Origin: Candidatus Cloacimonas sp.
GTDB taxonomy: Bacteria; Cloacimonadota; Cloacimonadia; Cloacimonadales; Cloacimonadaceae
Direction of reading: 5' to 3'
DNA length: 64,000 nt
NCBI GenBank assembly: GCA_035403355.1
Contig: DAONFA010000001.1
Coordinates: 30,133 to 94,132, forward strand
This document shows, one piece after another, positions 1-9,559 of the stretch (position 1 is its first letter; every line of letters starts with the position of its first letter). The notes under the pieces are model-generated. The model saw only the letters and a list, made by a program, of their open reading frames with translations. It was not told the DNA's origin and did not search any database. A program made the position numbers and the translations under genes.

Positions 1-2619
1 AATTTTATGGCAGAACATTTTCATACTTCTGGCAAGCCACGTTTTAAGTGTGATACCAATACTATGGCAACTGTAACCGTTTGGGGTTACTTGGGAGCTG
101 ATTCTACTGCCTATATGCAATATTACGGTTTGGAATCAGATTACGGCTGGAATACTTTAATCAACTTTACTAATACCCTGCAAAACAACTATGCTAACAT
201 AAGCCAGGTGATGAATGTGGATCAGAATTTATGGATGTGTGCTTTTGATAATCTCTTGGTAAATTTGGATTCACCCATCAATGTCTTTCATAATTTCTAT
301 CTTTTTGCCGATGCCGATAACAGAATAAATCCTCTGCTATGGGATTTGAATATGTCTTTTGGCGGCTTTCAAGGTGGTTCCGTTTCCGGTATGCAAAATC
401 TTGATCCCTTGCGCAATGTGAATAGCAGCACTTTTCTCCTGCTCAAGAATGTATTAGTAAATCCTCGTTACAAAAAGATGTATCTTGCTCATATACGCAC
501 AATGATAGAAGAGAACTTTTCTAATGGCTGGTATGCAACCAGGGCAGCTGAATTGCAAAGTATTTGCGGTCCCTCTGTGCAAAACGATCCTAATTACTTT
601 TATACTTATGCCAATTTTCAAGCAAACTTGAATAATCAGGTGGGAGGTGGTTCAGGAGGTCCCGGAGGTGGACAAACCGTTCCTGGAATTACTCAACTGA
701 TGAATGCTCGGGCTACCTATCTTTTAAGTAATACCAATTTTGCCGGAACTGTCCCTACAATGACGGTGCAAAATTATTCTCCTGCCAATCCTGAGCCGGG
801 CTCAACAATGCAATTTACTGCTACTTTTACCAATGCTACTTATGCTCAGTTGGGTTTTAAACAGGACATAGCTCACAAATATACCTATTATCAAATGTAT
901 GATGATGGAGCTCATTCCGATGGTGCTGCTAATGATGGTGTGTTTGGAATTAGTGTTCCTGTCACTTATGGTGATATCAATTATTTTTTCTGGGCAGAAA
1001 ATACTTCGCAGGGGATGTTCTTTCCTGCGGGAGCAGAACACGAATATTACACAATTCCGGTTGCCGGTTTTACGGGGGAACTTTTTATCAACGAAATTAT
1101 GGCAAAAAATGCCTCTTATACCGATCCGAATGGCGAATTTGATGACTGGGTGGAAATTTACAATCCCAATGATTATGCAGTTGACCTTGGCGGGATGTAT
1201 ATGACCGATAGCCATTACAGCAATGGAATAAGTGCCTGGACACAAATTCCGACAACTAATCCTGATGTTACAACTATTCCTCCGCATAGTTATAAAATTG
1301 TGTGGTTTGATGAAGACCTTGATCAGGGTCCTTTGCATATCAATGATAAACTCGGAGGCGGAGCAGACGCTGTTTATTTAATTGATACGGATGGGATTAC
1401 AGTTATTGATAGTTATATCTGGACTGAGGCAGCTGATTTAAATGTAGATGACAGGTCTATTGGCAGATTACCTGATGGCAGCGATAACTGGATTTTATTT
1501 GGAGCGGGACAAACCAATCCCTGCACTCCCGGCGCTTCCAATCAGGGAACTGTAAACACGCTTCCCATTATTGAAAATATTGCTTATAGCCCTCTTATTA
1601 CAGATGAAAACAGCATTATAACCGTTTCCACCAGTGTTAGTGACAGTGATGGAACTATAAGTAGCGTGCAATTATTGTATGGCATTTCCGACTGGACTTT
1701 GAACACTGTGGCAATGAGTTTAAACCAAAACAGCTACACTGCCCAAATCGGATCTTTTGCTTTGGGCTCTATTATTAAATACCGGATTCAAGCAACCGAT
1801 AATGCCTCAGGGATAACTCAGTCACCTGTCTATTCAATACTGATTGGATATACTGCTCCAGTTCTATATATTAATGAATTGATGCCTTCCAATGCTACAA
1901 CCGTTATGGATGAAAACAGCGAATATGAGGATTGGATAGAAATATATAATCCCAATGATTTTGCAGTTGATTTAGCGGGCTATTATTTGACGGATGATCA
2001 TTATCCCGATACCGGAACTTCTTTAACTCAAATTCCTGCCGGTTTTTCCGAGACCATCATTCCTGCCCACAGCTATAAAATAATCTGGTTTGACGAAGAC
2101 CTTGACCAGAGTCCTTTGCATATCAATACGAAATTGAGCACAACAGCTGATGCTGTATATTTATTAGCTCCGGATATGTTAACCGTAGTTGATCATATTG
2201 CCTGGAGCGAAGATTTGGCTTTAGGCAGTGATATTTCTTATGGCAGATATCCTGATGGGAGTGAGAATTGGATACAGTTCGGAGTTGATTTTGAACATCC
2301 CGTAACGGCAGGAACAAGCAATAATCCTGTGTCCAATAACGATAACAACATTACTCCGGTAGTGATCAGTTTGGATGTTTGGCCTAATCCTGTAAGAGAT
2401 GTTCTGAACATCAATCTGAAAGGTGCCTCCGATAAATATAGAGTGAAAGTATATAATCTTAAAGGTCAGTTAGTTGCGGATTACTATACTGCCCAAGGCG
2501 GTAAAAATGAATGGAACCTGAAAGATAAACACAGCAACAGAATCAGCAGTGGAATCTATCTTGTCCGCACGCAATATGCGGGCAAACAATTCAGTAAAAA
2601 AATCTGTATCATCCAATAA
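1..2619 (+). CDS. Secreted CotH-like protein with two lamin-tail (LTD) domains and a T9SS C-terminal sorting domain; 5' end probably cut by the window edge
   Basis: ORF 7..2619 stays open to base 1 and has no signal peptide. A CotH-like motif is present (NFYLFADADNRINPLLWDLNMSFGG). There are two LTD-like modules (INEIMAKN..DDWVEIYNPNDYAVDLGG and INELMPSN..EDWIEIYNPNDFAVDLAG). The C-terminus (VWPNPVRDVLNINL..KVYNLKGQLV..SGIYLVRT) fits the Por/T9SS CTD pattern. Confidence 0.8.
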   Translation, partial: NFMAEHFHTSGKPRFKCDTNTMATVTVWGYLGADSTAYMQYYGLESDYGWNTLINFTNTLQNNYANISQVMNVDQNLWMCAFDNLLVNLDSPINVFHNFYLFADADNRINPLLWDLNMSFGGFQGGSVSGMQNLDPLRNVNSSTFLLLKNVLVNPRYKKMYLAHIRTMIEENFSNGWYATRAAELQSICGPSVQNDPNYFYTYANFQANLNNQVGGGSGGPGGGQTVPGITQLMNARATYLLSNTNFAGTVPTMTVQNYSPANPEPGSTMQFTATFTNATYAQLGFKQDIAHKYTYYQMYDDGAHSDGAANDGVFGISVPVTYGDINYFFWAENTSQGMFFPAGAEHEYYTIPVAGFTGELFINEIMAKNASYTDPNGEFDDWVEIYNPNDYAVDLGGMYMTDSHYSNGISAWTQIPTTNPDVTTIPPHSYKIVWFDEDLDQGPLHINDKLGGGADAVYLIDTDGITVIDSYIWTEAADLNVDDRSIGRLPDGSDNWILFGAGQTNPCTPGASNQGTVNTLPIIENIAYSPLITDENSIITVSTSVSDSDGTISSVQLLYGISDWTLNTVAMSLNQNSYTAQIGSFALGSIIKYRIQATDNASGITQSPVYSILIGYTAPVLYINELMPSNATTVMDENSEYEDWIEIYNPNDFAVDLAGYYLTDDHYPDTGTSLTQIPAGFSETIIPAHSYKIIWFDEDLDQSPLHINTKLSTTADAVYLLAPDMLTVVDHIAWSEDLALGSDISYGRYPDGSENWIQFGVDFEHPVTAGTSNNPVSNNDNNITPVVISLDVWPNPVRDVLNINLKGASDKYRVKVYNLKGQLVADYYTAQGGKNEWNLKDKHSNRISSGIYLVRTQYAGKQFSKKICIIQ

Positions 2620-2628
2620 GGAGTAAAA

Positions 2629-4704
2629 ATGAAAAAGTTCTTGTTCATAGCATTCATCCTGATGTGGGCTGCATTAAATGCTACCGTTATTTCTTCCTGG
2701 ACTTTTGAAAATACACTTTTACCTTCAACAGGTAGTGGAACTGTTTCTTTAATCGGAGGAGTTACGGATGATGGTTTCAATACCGGTTATAGTGGAGGAC
2801 TGGGTTGGAGTACTACATCTTATCCTGCTCAGGGAACTAATAATATGACGGCAGGAATAATGATTGAGCTCTCTACCCAGAATTTTCAAAATATAACTAT
2901 CAGTTGGGAGCTTCGGCATAGCAATAAGTCCGCTAATAGAGCAGTCCTGTTTTATACTTTGGATAGAACCGCAGCTGAACCGGTTTGGATTCAGGCAGGG
3001 GTTTACGATGCTACCGGTGGTGACAGCTGGTTTCCCAATTCTTTTGATGCGAATTCTATTGCCGGGATAAATAATAATCCTAATCTTGCTTTTAAGCTTG
3101 TTTCCGCTTTTGCCAATTCAGAGAATACTCTTTATATGCCTTCCGATCCCACAAAGGTTTACGATGGCGGCAAATGGCGTTTTGACGATATTATTATTTC
3201 AGGAACTTCTGCTGCTCCTTATGTGCAAATAACTTCAGAGTTGCAACCTTTTTATGCTATGGTGGGAGATGTTTCCCCGGTTCAGACCTATCAGATAACT
3301 GCTACTAACTTAACCGGAAATCTAATTGTTACAACTCCTCAATATTTTTACCTGCGTTTGTTTGATACCGATTCCTTCGTTTCTTCTTTAGAGCTTATTC
3401 CTCGTAATGGTTGCTTTGATAGACAGATACAAGTGGTTTTTCAGCCAACCGTAAGCGGCAATTTTAATGGCAGTATTTTACATAACGGAGGCGGAATTAC
3501 TTCTCAACTGATTGAAGTTAGCGGTTCCACCATTTTCCCCGAGCCGACAAATTATCCCGTTTCTTTATCTGCCTCTGGAATAAACTATTATCAGGCATAT
3601 CTGAATTGGACAGATGCCACAGGGGCAATTTTACCGGCTGGTTATCTGATTAAAGGTAGTGAAAACGGCTTTTCAGATATTGCAGACCCCATTGATGGCA
3701 TTCCTGAAAGCGATGCAGAGCTTAGTAAAAATGTCAGTTATAGCGTTCAGACCCAGCTATTTTATGGATTAAAAGAAAATCAGGCATATTATTTTAAGAT
3801 TTTTCCCTATACCAATAGCGGAGACAACATTGACTACAAAGTTGATACTAACGTACCTTCTGTTCAATGGACAACCCCTACAGGACCCGTTGGTTCTGTT
3901 TTACTCCCGGGAGATTTAGCGTTTGTAGAATATGCTACCGATTCCCCTGACCGTTTCAGTTTCGTGCTTTTGAAGGATATTTTGGAAAACACTAAAATAT
4001 GCTTTACCGATAAAGCGTGGACGGGAACCGCTTTTACGGCAAATGAAGCCCTCTATGAATGGAGAGGAGTAGGACGCACTTATGCTACAGGAGAAGTTAT
4101 TCATCTGGTTGAAGGGCAAACCTTTACCAATGAAGGTATCCATAGTCCCGGTGTAGAAGGTCTTTCCAACGACGGTGAACAAATTATTGCCTTCCAGGGA
4201 ACCATAAACGAGCCCTCTTTCATTGCAGCTATTTCTTCTACCGGATGGTTAACAGAGGGAACAGTAAGTAACAATAGTTCCTACCTTCCTTCCGTTTTAA
4301 CCTTGGGAGTAAATGCTTTAGGTTTTGCCACCGAAGTGGATGATGGTGTCTATAATGGTGCTACCACAGGTTCCGTTGCTGAAATAAGAACTGCTCTTAA
4401 TAATCCAGATAATTGGAACAGAGCGGGGAACTTGAACAACATCATTTTTCCGAACTGGAATTTTGTATTAAATGCCCTGGTTATTCCGGAACCGCTGATT
4501 ACCCAAATCAGTAGCACTACGATTAGGATTTCCTGGCAACCGGTATCCGGAGCTACGCATTACAATGTCTATAAATCTACATTACCGTATGCCAGTTTTC
4601 CGCAGGACTGGGTTTTGGCAGCGGATAATGTCACTGGACTATTTTGGGAAACGACCGAAATTACTAATCCGAGACAGTTCTATCGCATTATGGCAGCTAA
4701 CTGA
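2629..4704 (+). CDS. Secreted hypothetical protein with fibronectin-III-like modules and no T9SS CTD
   Basis: The RBS AAGGAG lies 7 nt upstream of the ATG. The signal peptide is MKKFLFIAFILMWAALNA. Fn3-like segments are present (YQAYLNWTDATG..YYFKIFPYTN and TIRISWQPVSGATHYNVYKS). The gene starts 10 nt after the CotH/LTD gene. Confidence 0.7.
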   Translation: MKKFLFIAFILMWAALNATVISSWTFENTLLPSTGSGTVSLIGGVTDDGFNTGYSGGLGWSTTSYPAQGTNNMTAGIMIELSTQNFQNITISWELRHSNKSANRAVLFYTLDRTAAEPVWIQAGVYDATGGDSWFPNSFDANSIAGINNNPNLAFKLVSAFANSENTLYMPSDPTKVYDGGKWRFDDIIISGTSAAPYVQITSELQPFYAMVGDVSPVQTYQITATNLTGNLIVTTPQYFYLRLFDTDSFVSSLELIPRNGCFDRQIQVVFQPTVSGNFNGSILHNGGGITSQLIEVSGSTIFPEPTNYPVSLSASGINYYQAYLNWTDATGAILPAGYLIKGSENGFSDIADPIDGIPESDAELSKNVSYSVQTQLFYGLKENQAYYFKIFPYTNSGDNIDYKVDTNVPSVQWTTPTGPVGSVLLPGDLAFVEYATDSPDRFSFVLLKDILENTKICFTDKAWTGTAFTANEALYEWRGVGRTYATGEVIHLVEGQTFTNEGIHSPGVEGLSNDGEQIIAFQGTINEPSFIAAISSTGWLTEGTVSNNSSYLPSVLTLGVNALGFATEVDDGVYNGATTGSVAEIRTALNNPDNWNRAGNLNNIIFPNWNFVLNALVIPEPLITQISSTTIRISWQPVSGATHYNVYKSTLPYASFPQDWVLAADNVTGLFWETTEITNPRQFYRIMAAN

Positions 4705-4725
4705 TTTATGCTTTTATCTTGCTTT

Positions 4726-4752
4726 GCCGGCTGGGATGTCCTTCCAGCCGGC
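4726..4752 (+). terminator. Stem-loop after the 691-aa gene
   Basis: GCCGGCTGG-gatgtcctt-CCAGCCGGC is a perfect 9-bp stem starting 22 nt after the stop codon. The tail AAATTATATTT is only weakly T-rich. Confidence 0.5.
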
Positions 4753-4941
4753 AAATTATATTTAGGCGTGATAAATTCCAATTTGAGCAACTTCCGGTAA
4801 TAATATGCATTTCATATTGAAAAGACATAAAAGGAAAATAAGGTTTAGCAGGTTGAAAAGGTTTAGAGGGTTGATATCCAAAAATGGCTGCTAAACCCTT
4901 CGCTCTAAATGTGTCACTCTAAGGAGCTTTTTGTTCAGGAA

Positions 4942-4994
4942 GAACGACGTCCTCGTCGTTCAAGCACAAGAAGAGGTTGACCAGGAGGTCAACC
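4942..4994. repeat. Copy of the interspersed hairpin pair (B: GAACGACG-tcct-CGTCGTTC; A: GGTTGACC-agga-GGTCAACC)
   Basis: Both palindromes were read directly from the sequence. The same two hairpins recur at 14641-14813, 39911-40185 and 57683-58064. Confidence 0.85.
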
Positions 4995-5415
4995 ATCCGA
5001 TCTCGCCCTAAGGGGCTTTCAGGATGCGGGAAAAGGATAAAAAATATTGTAGCTTACACTAAACGAGGGGCTTACGCTACCATCGCTATCATTGTGTCGT
5101 CCTAAAGGGCTTTTATTTTTGTTCATATAATCATCATCTATAACAATAAGTCCTCTAAATCCTTAAATCCTGAAATCCTTGTTTCTAAAATGCCAAATTT
5201 GTAAAACCTGTAAATCTGCGTGAAAATAAATCTAAGATTATTGCATATAAAACTACAAACAATGCCCTTCAATTATGTTATCAAAAATTCAGAAGACACG
5301 CAATAACTTTTGCAGTGCAACATTTTTCAAATGTAACAATCGCTTTTCTAATAAAATCCCCATATTTTGTCTAATTCCTTCCTTGCTTGAGGACATTAAT
5401 TTAGCGTTTAACATC

Positions 5416-5452
5416 CCTTAATCAAGCGTTAATAATTAACGCTTGATTAAGG
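5416..5452. repeat. Perfect 37-bp palindrome (18-bp arms, 1-nt centre)
   Basis: CCTTAATCAAGCGTTAAT-A-ATTAACGCTTGATTAAGG, followed by the degenerate direct copies TTGATTAA / CTTGATTGA up to about 5480. Confidence 0.9.
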
Positions 5453-5713
5453 TTTGATTAACACTTGATTGACGCTTATAGCTAAGGGCGAAAAGCGCAG
5501 CTGGCATCCGATATGCTGTCTATTAAAGTAGCAAATACTTAAGAATAGATAAATACCTATTGCATTTAATATCATTATAGAGAGGATATCAGCATTGTTG
5601 TAATATTCATACAATCCAATGGGATTTCTTATTTGAATATTACTCTACAATAGCCATAAATTAGAGAGATAATATGCTTGCTCTTAATTGATAAATTGTA
5701 TTATTAATATTAA

Positions 5714-7210
5714 CTAAGTGGTTTTCATCTGAGGGAACAGGATAACTTCCTTGATGGAGTCGTTTTCCGTTAGCAGCATAACTAAGCGGTCTATACCGAT
5801 TCCCTGACCCCCCATTGGAGGCATTCCGTATTCCAGCGCTTCCAAAAAATCCTCATCCACAACATTGGCATCGTCAATTCCCAAAGCGCGCAGTTTTGCC
5901 TGTTCTTCCAAACGCGCTCTTTGTTCTAAAGGGTCATTCAATTCACTGAAGGCATTGGCAAATTCCCCGCCTGCAATATACAGTTCAAAACGGTCTGCAA
6001 CAAAGGGATTTTCGGGTTTTGCCTTTGCCAGAGGAGAAACCTCTTTGGGAAAATCGCAAACAAAGGTTGGCTGAATTAGCGTTTCTTCAATAAATTCTTC
6101 AAAAAGCAGAGCAATCAGTTTCCCTTTTTCTGAGCCGGCAGGAATCTCTAATCCCTTGTCTTTACAGACAGAGGCAAGCTCCTCTAAGCTGATGCTCATA
6201 ACATCCTGCCCCAGATATTCACTAACCAGATCGGGTAACGATGCTCTTTTCCATTTTCCGCTTAAGCAAACCTGGTGCTGATGATAAATGAAAGTATCCT
6301 TGCCGATTACATCCATTGCCAAATGCTTAATCAGCTCTTCAGCGATATCCATCATACCCTGCAAATCGGAATATGCTTCGTAAAACTCAATCATCGTAAA
6401 TTCCGGATTATGAGTTCTATCCATCCCTTCATTGCGAAAATCCTTGCCCAGCTCGTAAACACGCTCAAATCCACCTACAATTAAGCGTTTTAAATAAAGC
6501 TCCGTAGCAATTCTTAAATATAAATCCATATCCAGAGTATTATGATGAGTAATAAAAGGTCGGGCATTAGCACCTCCGTAAAGTGGTTGCAAAATAGGGG
6601 TTTCCACTTCAATATAACCGTGACTATCCATAAAATTGCGAATAGCGGTTATAATTTTGGCGCGCAGAGCAAAGACCTTTCTATGTTCAGGATTGAGCAA
6701 AAGATCAAGATAGCGTTTACGATAGCGCAATTCAATATCGGAAAATTCATCGTAACGAATAGTTTTGCCGTCAACAATCTTTTCTTTAACTGCCGGCAGA
6801 GGTCTGATATTTTTGGAAAGAAGCGTTATTTGACTGCATTTTAAAGAATACTCACCTGTCTGGGTGAAAAATGGTTTTCCCGTTGCCTGAATAAAATCGC
6901 CGGCATCACAGAGCTTAAAAAGTTCGTAATTTTCTTCGCCAATAGTATTTTGAGCCACATAAAGCTGAATTTTTCCGGAACTATCTTCCAGATCGCCAAA
7001 ACCGATTTTTCCCTGTCGGCGCATAGCTGTTAAACGACCGGTTATAGTAACTTCTTCATTTTTTTGCAGGCACTCTTCTTTATCTGCCAAAAGAGAAGAT
7101 ATATAATTAGTTCGGAGGGATTTTACAGGATAGGGATCAATCCCCAGCGCTTTGATTTTTGCCAGTTTTTCTTTACGCAACTGGATAAACTGATTGGATT
7201 TGGAGAGCAT
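5714..7210 (-). CDS. lysS: Lysine--tRNA ligase (class II)
   Basis: 498 aa with the typical class II LysRS layout: an N-terminal OB anticodon-binding part followed by the catalytic core (FRNEGMDRTHNPEFTMIEFY, GIGIDRLVMLLT). Confidence 0.95.
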   Translation of the reverse strand: MLSKSNQFIQLRKEKLAKIKALGIDPYPVKSLRTNYISSLLADKEECLQKNEEVTITGRLTAMRRQGKIGFGDLEDSSGKIQLYVAQNTIGEENYELFKLCDAGDFIQATGKPFFTQTGEYSLKCSQITLLSKNIRPLPAVKEKIVDGKTIRYDEFSDIELRYRKRYLDLLLNPEHRKVFALRAKIITAIRNFMDSHGYIEVETPILQPLYGGANARPFITHHNTLDMDLYLRIATELYLKRLIVGGFERVYELGKDFRNEGMDRTHNPEFTMIEFYEAYSDLQGMMDIAEELIKHLAMDVIGKDTFIYHQHQVCLSGKWKRASLPDLVSEYLGQDVMSISLEELASVCKDKGLEIPAGSEKGKLIALLFEEFIEETLIQPTFVCDFPKEVSPLAKAKPENPFVADRFELYIAGGEFANAFSELNDPLEQRARLEEQAKLRALGIDDANVVDEDFLEALEYGMPPMGGQGIGIDRLVMLLTENDSIKEVILFPQMKTT

Positions 7211-7219
7211 TACGGCTGT

Positions 7220-8731
7220 TTATAAATCTTTAAAGGGATTATCTGTTACAGGATTCACTTTTTGGCTGGCATACTTGCGCCAATCCTCATCATTACGATT
7301 TCTTCCACCCCGGCGCTGATTTGAGCTATGAGGTCTATCGTTATGCTGTTCTCTATGATTATGTTCTTCAGAACGGGCACGCTCTTCAGCAATTTCCATC
7401 GGTGTGCGGTCTGTATAATCCAAAGTAATTCTGTGATTATCTTTATCTATGGCAGTCACCATTAAAGTTATGGGATCGCCTGATTGAAAACTATCGCTTT
7501 TCCGGACTCTGGATTTAGGTAAAAGCCCTGTAATACCTTCACTGATAGTAACAAAAACGCCAAAATTGGTGGAACTTTCTACAATTCCTTCAAAAGGATT
7601 TTCCAGCTGTACAATTTCGTCAATTTTATCCCAAGGGTCTTCTTCCAAGGCCTTCAAGGAAAGGGATATTTTGCGGGTATCTTCATCTATGCGAAGAATT
7701 TGCACCTGCACCCAGTCCCCTTCTTTTACAATTTCCCGCGGATGAGATATTTGGCGATTGCGGCTCATTTCAGAAACAGGTATCAGCCCTTCCACCCCGG
7801 GTTTAAGTTCTGCAAATGCTCCAAAATTATGTAAACGCAGAACCCGACAATTAATAATATCGCCTTCGTGCAGTTCTTTCAATGCCTGTTCAAAAGGATT
7901 TTCTAAAAGCGCTTTGCGGGACAGGGCAATTTTTTCTCCCTTAATATCCAGAATTTTAACTTCAATTTCCTGCCCTTTTTTCAGCTCGTCCTGCGGTTTA
8001 ACTATATGCTGCCAGGAAATTTCCGAAATATGTAACAAACCCTCAATGCCATCTAAATCTACAAAAGCGCCAAAAGTGGTCATCCGCAAGACCTTGCCGG
8101 TAACAACATCCCCTACATTCAGTTTGGCTAAAGCTGCTTCTTTTCTTTCCTGCTCCTGCATTTCTTCAAGCTGCCGATGCGAAACAACAATCCGACGGCA
8201 ATTTTCGGAACATTCTATTACCAGAAAATCCATCGTTTTGCCTATATATTGAGCAGTATCTTCTGAGGACCTTTGAGATACTTGAGAAACGGGACAAAAT
8301 GCCTTTGCTCCTAAAATATCAACATTAAAGCCACCCTTGGTAGGAGTAAATATCTTTCCCTGCACGGGAATTTTCTTTTCGTATGCCTCAAGGATTGACT
8401 GCTTATCTACATATTGCTTGGTTAAACTTTTAGCTATAACATAGCCATTTTCATTCTGGTCAACAACATAACCTTTTAAGCTGTCTCCCACTTTGTAAGA
8501 TAGAACTCCACTGGCGTTGGAAAATTCTCCGATTTCGGCATAAGCATCATATTTGCCGCCCAAATTCAAAATTAAATATTGGTCGCTGATACTTACAATA
8601 GGGGCTTCAATAACATCGCCCTTTTTAATTTCAGCCGTGTTTTGAAAGGATTCTTCCAACATCCGCAGATATTCATCCTTCATTTCTCTCATAGCAGCTT
8701 TGCTGCTGGTAGTATGTAACTTATCTGACAT
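7220..8731 (-). CDS. rpsA: 30S ribosomal protein S1 (multi-S1-domain) with a basic, disordered C-terminal tail
   Basis: 503 aa with repeated S1 OB-fold modules (GDVVTGKVLRMTTFGAFVDL, GDIINCRVLRLHNFGAFAEL, FEGIVESSTNFGVFVTI). It lies 9 nt upstream of lysS on the same strand. Confidence 0.85.
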   Translation of the reverse strand: MSDKLHTTSSKAAMREMKDEYLRMLEESFQNTAEIKKGDVIEAPIVSISDQYLILNLGGKYDAYAEIGEFSNASGVLSYKVGDSLKGYVVDQNENGYVIAKSLTKQYVDKQSILEAYEKKIPVQGKIFTPTKGGFNVDILGAKAFCPVSQVSQRSSEDTAQYIGKTMDFLVIECSENCRRIVVSHRQLEEMQEQERKEAALAKLNVGDVVTGKVLRMTTFGAFVDLDGIEGLLHISEISWQHIVKPQDELKKGQEIEVKILDIKGEKIALSRKALLENPFEQALKELHEGDIINCRVLRLHNFGAFAELKPGVEGLIPVSEMSRNRQISHPREIVKEGDWVQVQILRIDEDTRKISLSLKALEEDPWDKIDEIVQLENPFEGIVESSTNFGVFVTISEGITGLLPKSRVRKSDSFQSGDPITLMVTAIDKDNHRITLDYTDRTPMEIAEERARSEEHNHREQHNDRPHSSNQRRGGRNRNDEDWRKYASQKVNPVTDNPFKDL

Positions 8732-9064
8732 AAGATTCTCCTAAAGGCAATTCAGAAAGACCAACTTTCCTGTTGCCTTCTTTTTGTAAAGGTTTTTATT
8801 CCTCAGCTTCTTTTAATTGTAAAAATAAGTGTCTGTTAGCTAATTAAGACCCCTGTTATAAACCTCTGTAAATCCTAATAATTCAGTTGCCCTATTTCAG
8901 ATTGTATATCTGCGACTGAGTTACCTGAAGTTCTTGATAAAAAACTCCTTATCTTGTGGCAAAAAAGAATACTAAATCTGTTTTTATTTGACAATTATCA
9001 TAGGATCTGAAAATGATGCTTTTCATAAGTTAAAGCGGGTTATTTAAACCGAAGAGCCAGATAA

Positions 9065-9559
9065 ATGGCTAAAGGATTGACTATGGCAAACGATATTGAA
9101 CTGCTGGATGAAATTCTGGCTAAGTATCAAGGCAAAAAGGGGTCTTTAATTCCGTTATTACAAGAAACGCAGAATACCCTGGGTTTTTTATCCCGGGAAA
9201 CAATGGCTTACATAGCGGAAAAAATGCATATTCCGGCAGCTGAGATTTTTGGTGTAGCTACCTTTTATTCAATGTTTCGTTTAAAACCACAGGGAAAACA
9301 TCTTATTCGTGTTTGTAAAGGAACTGCTTGTCATGTTTCCGATGCGGATGGCATAAAAAAAGCCGTGATGGATGCATTACAGCTTTCCGAAGAGGAAAAT
9401 ACAACTGCCGATATGCAGTTTACTGTAATGGAAGTTGCCTGCCTGGGTTGCTGTTCTTTATCTCCGGTAATTATGATAGACGGAAGAACTTATGGTAAAT
9501 TAACGCCGGGGGCAATTCCTGCTGTTCTGAAACAATATGAAACCGAGGATACTTTATGA
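9065..9559 (+). CDS. NuoE/HydC-like thioredoxin-fold [2Fe-2S] subunit
   Basis: 164 aa. The NuoE-type cysteine pattern is present (VCKGTACH ... ACLGCCSLSP). It overlaps the next gene by 4 nt (ATGA). Confidence 0.85.
   Translation: MAKGLTMANDIELLDEILAKYQGKKGSLIPLLQETQNTLGFLSRETMAYIAEKMHIPAAEIFGVATFYSMFRLKPQGKHLIRVCKGTACHVSDADGIKKAVMDALQLSEEENTTADMQFTVMEVACLGCCSLSPVIMIDGRTYGKLTPGAIPAVLKQYETEDTL

Noticed and set aside
8988-9016. Promoter for the nuoE-like operon (TTGACA at 8988)
   Set aside because: No convincing -10 hexamer lies at 16-18 nt spacing (AAAATG/AAATGA), so I do not report it as a feature.
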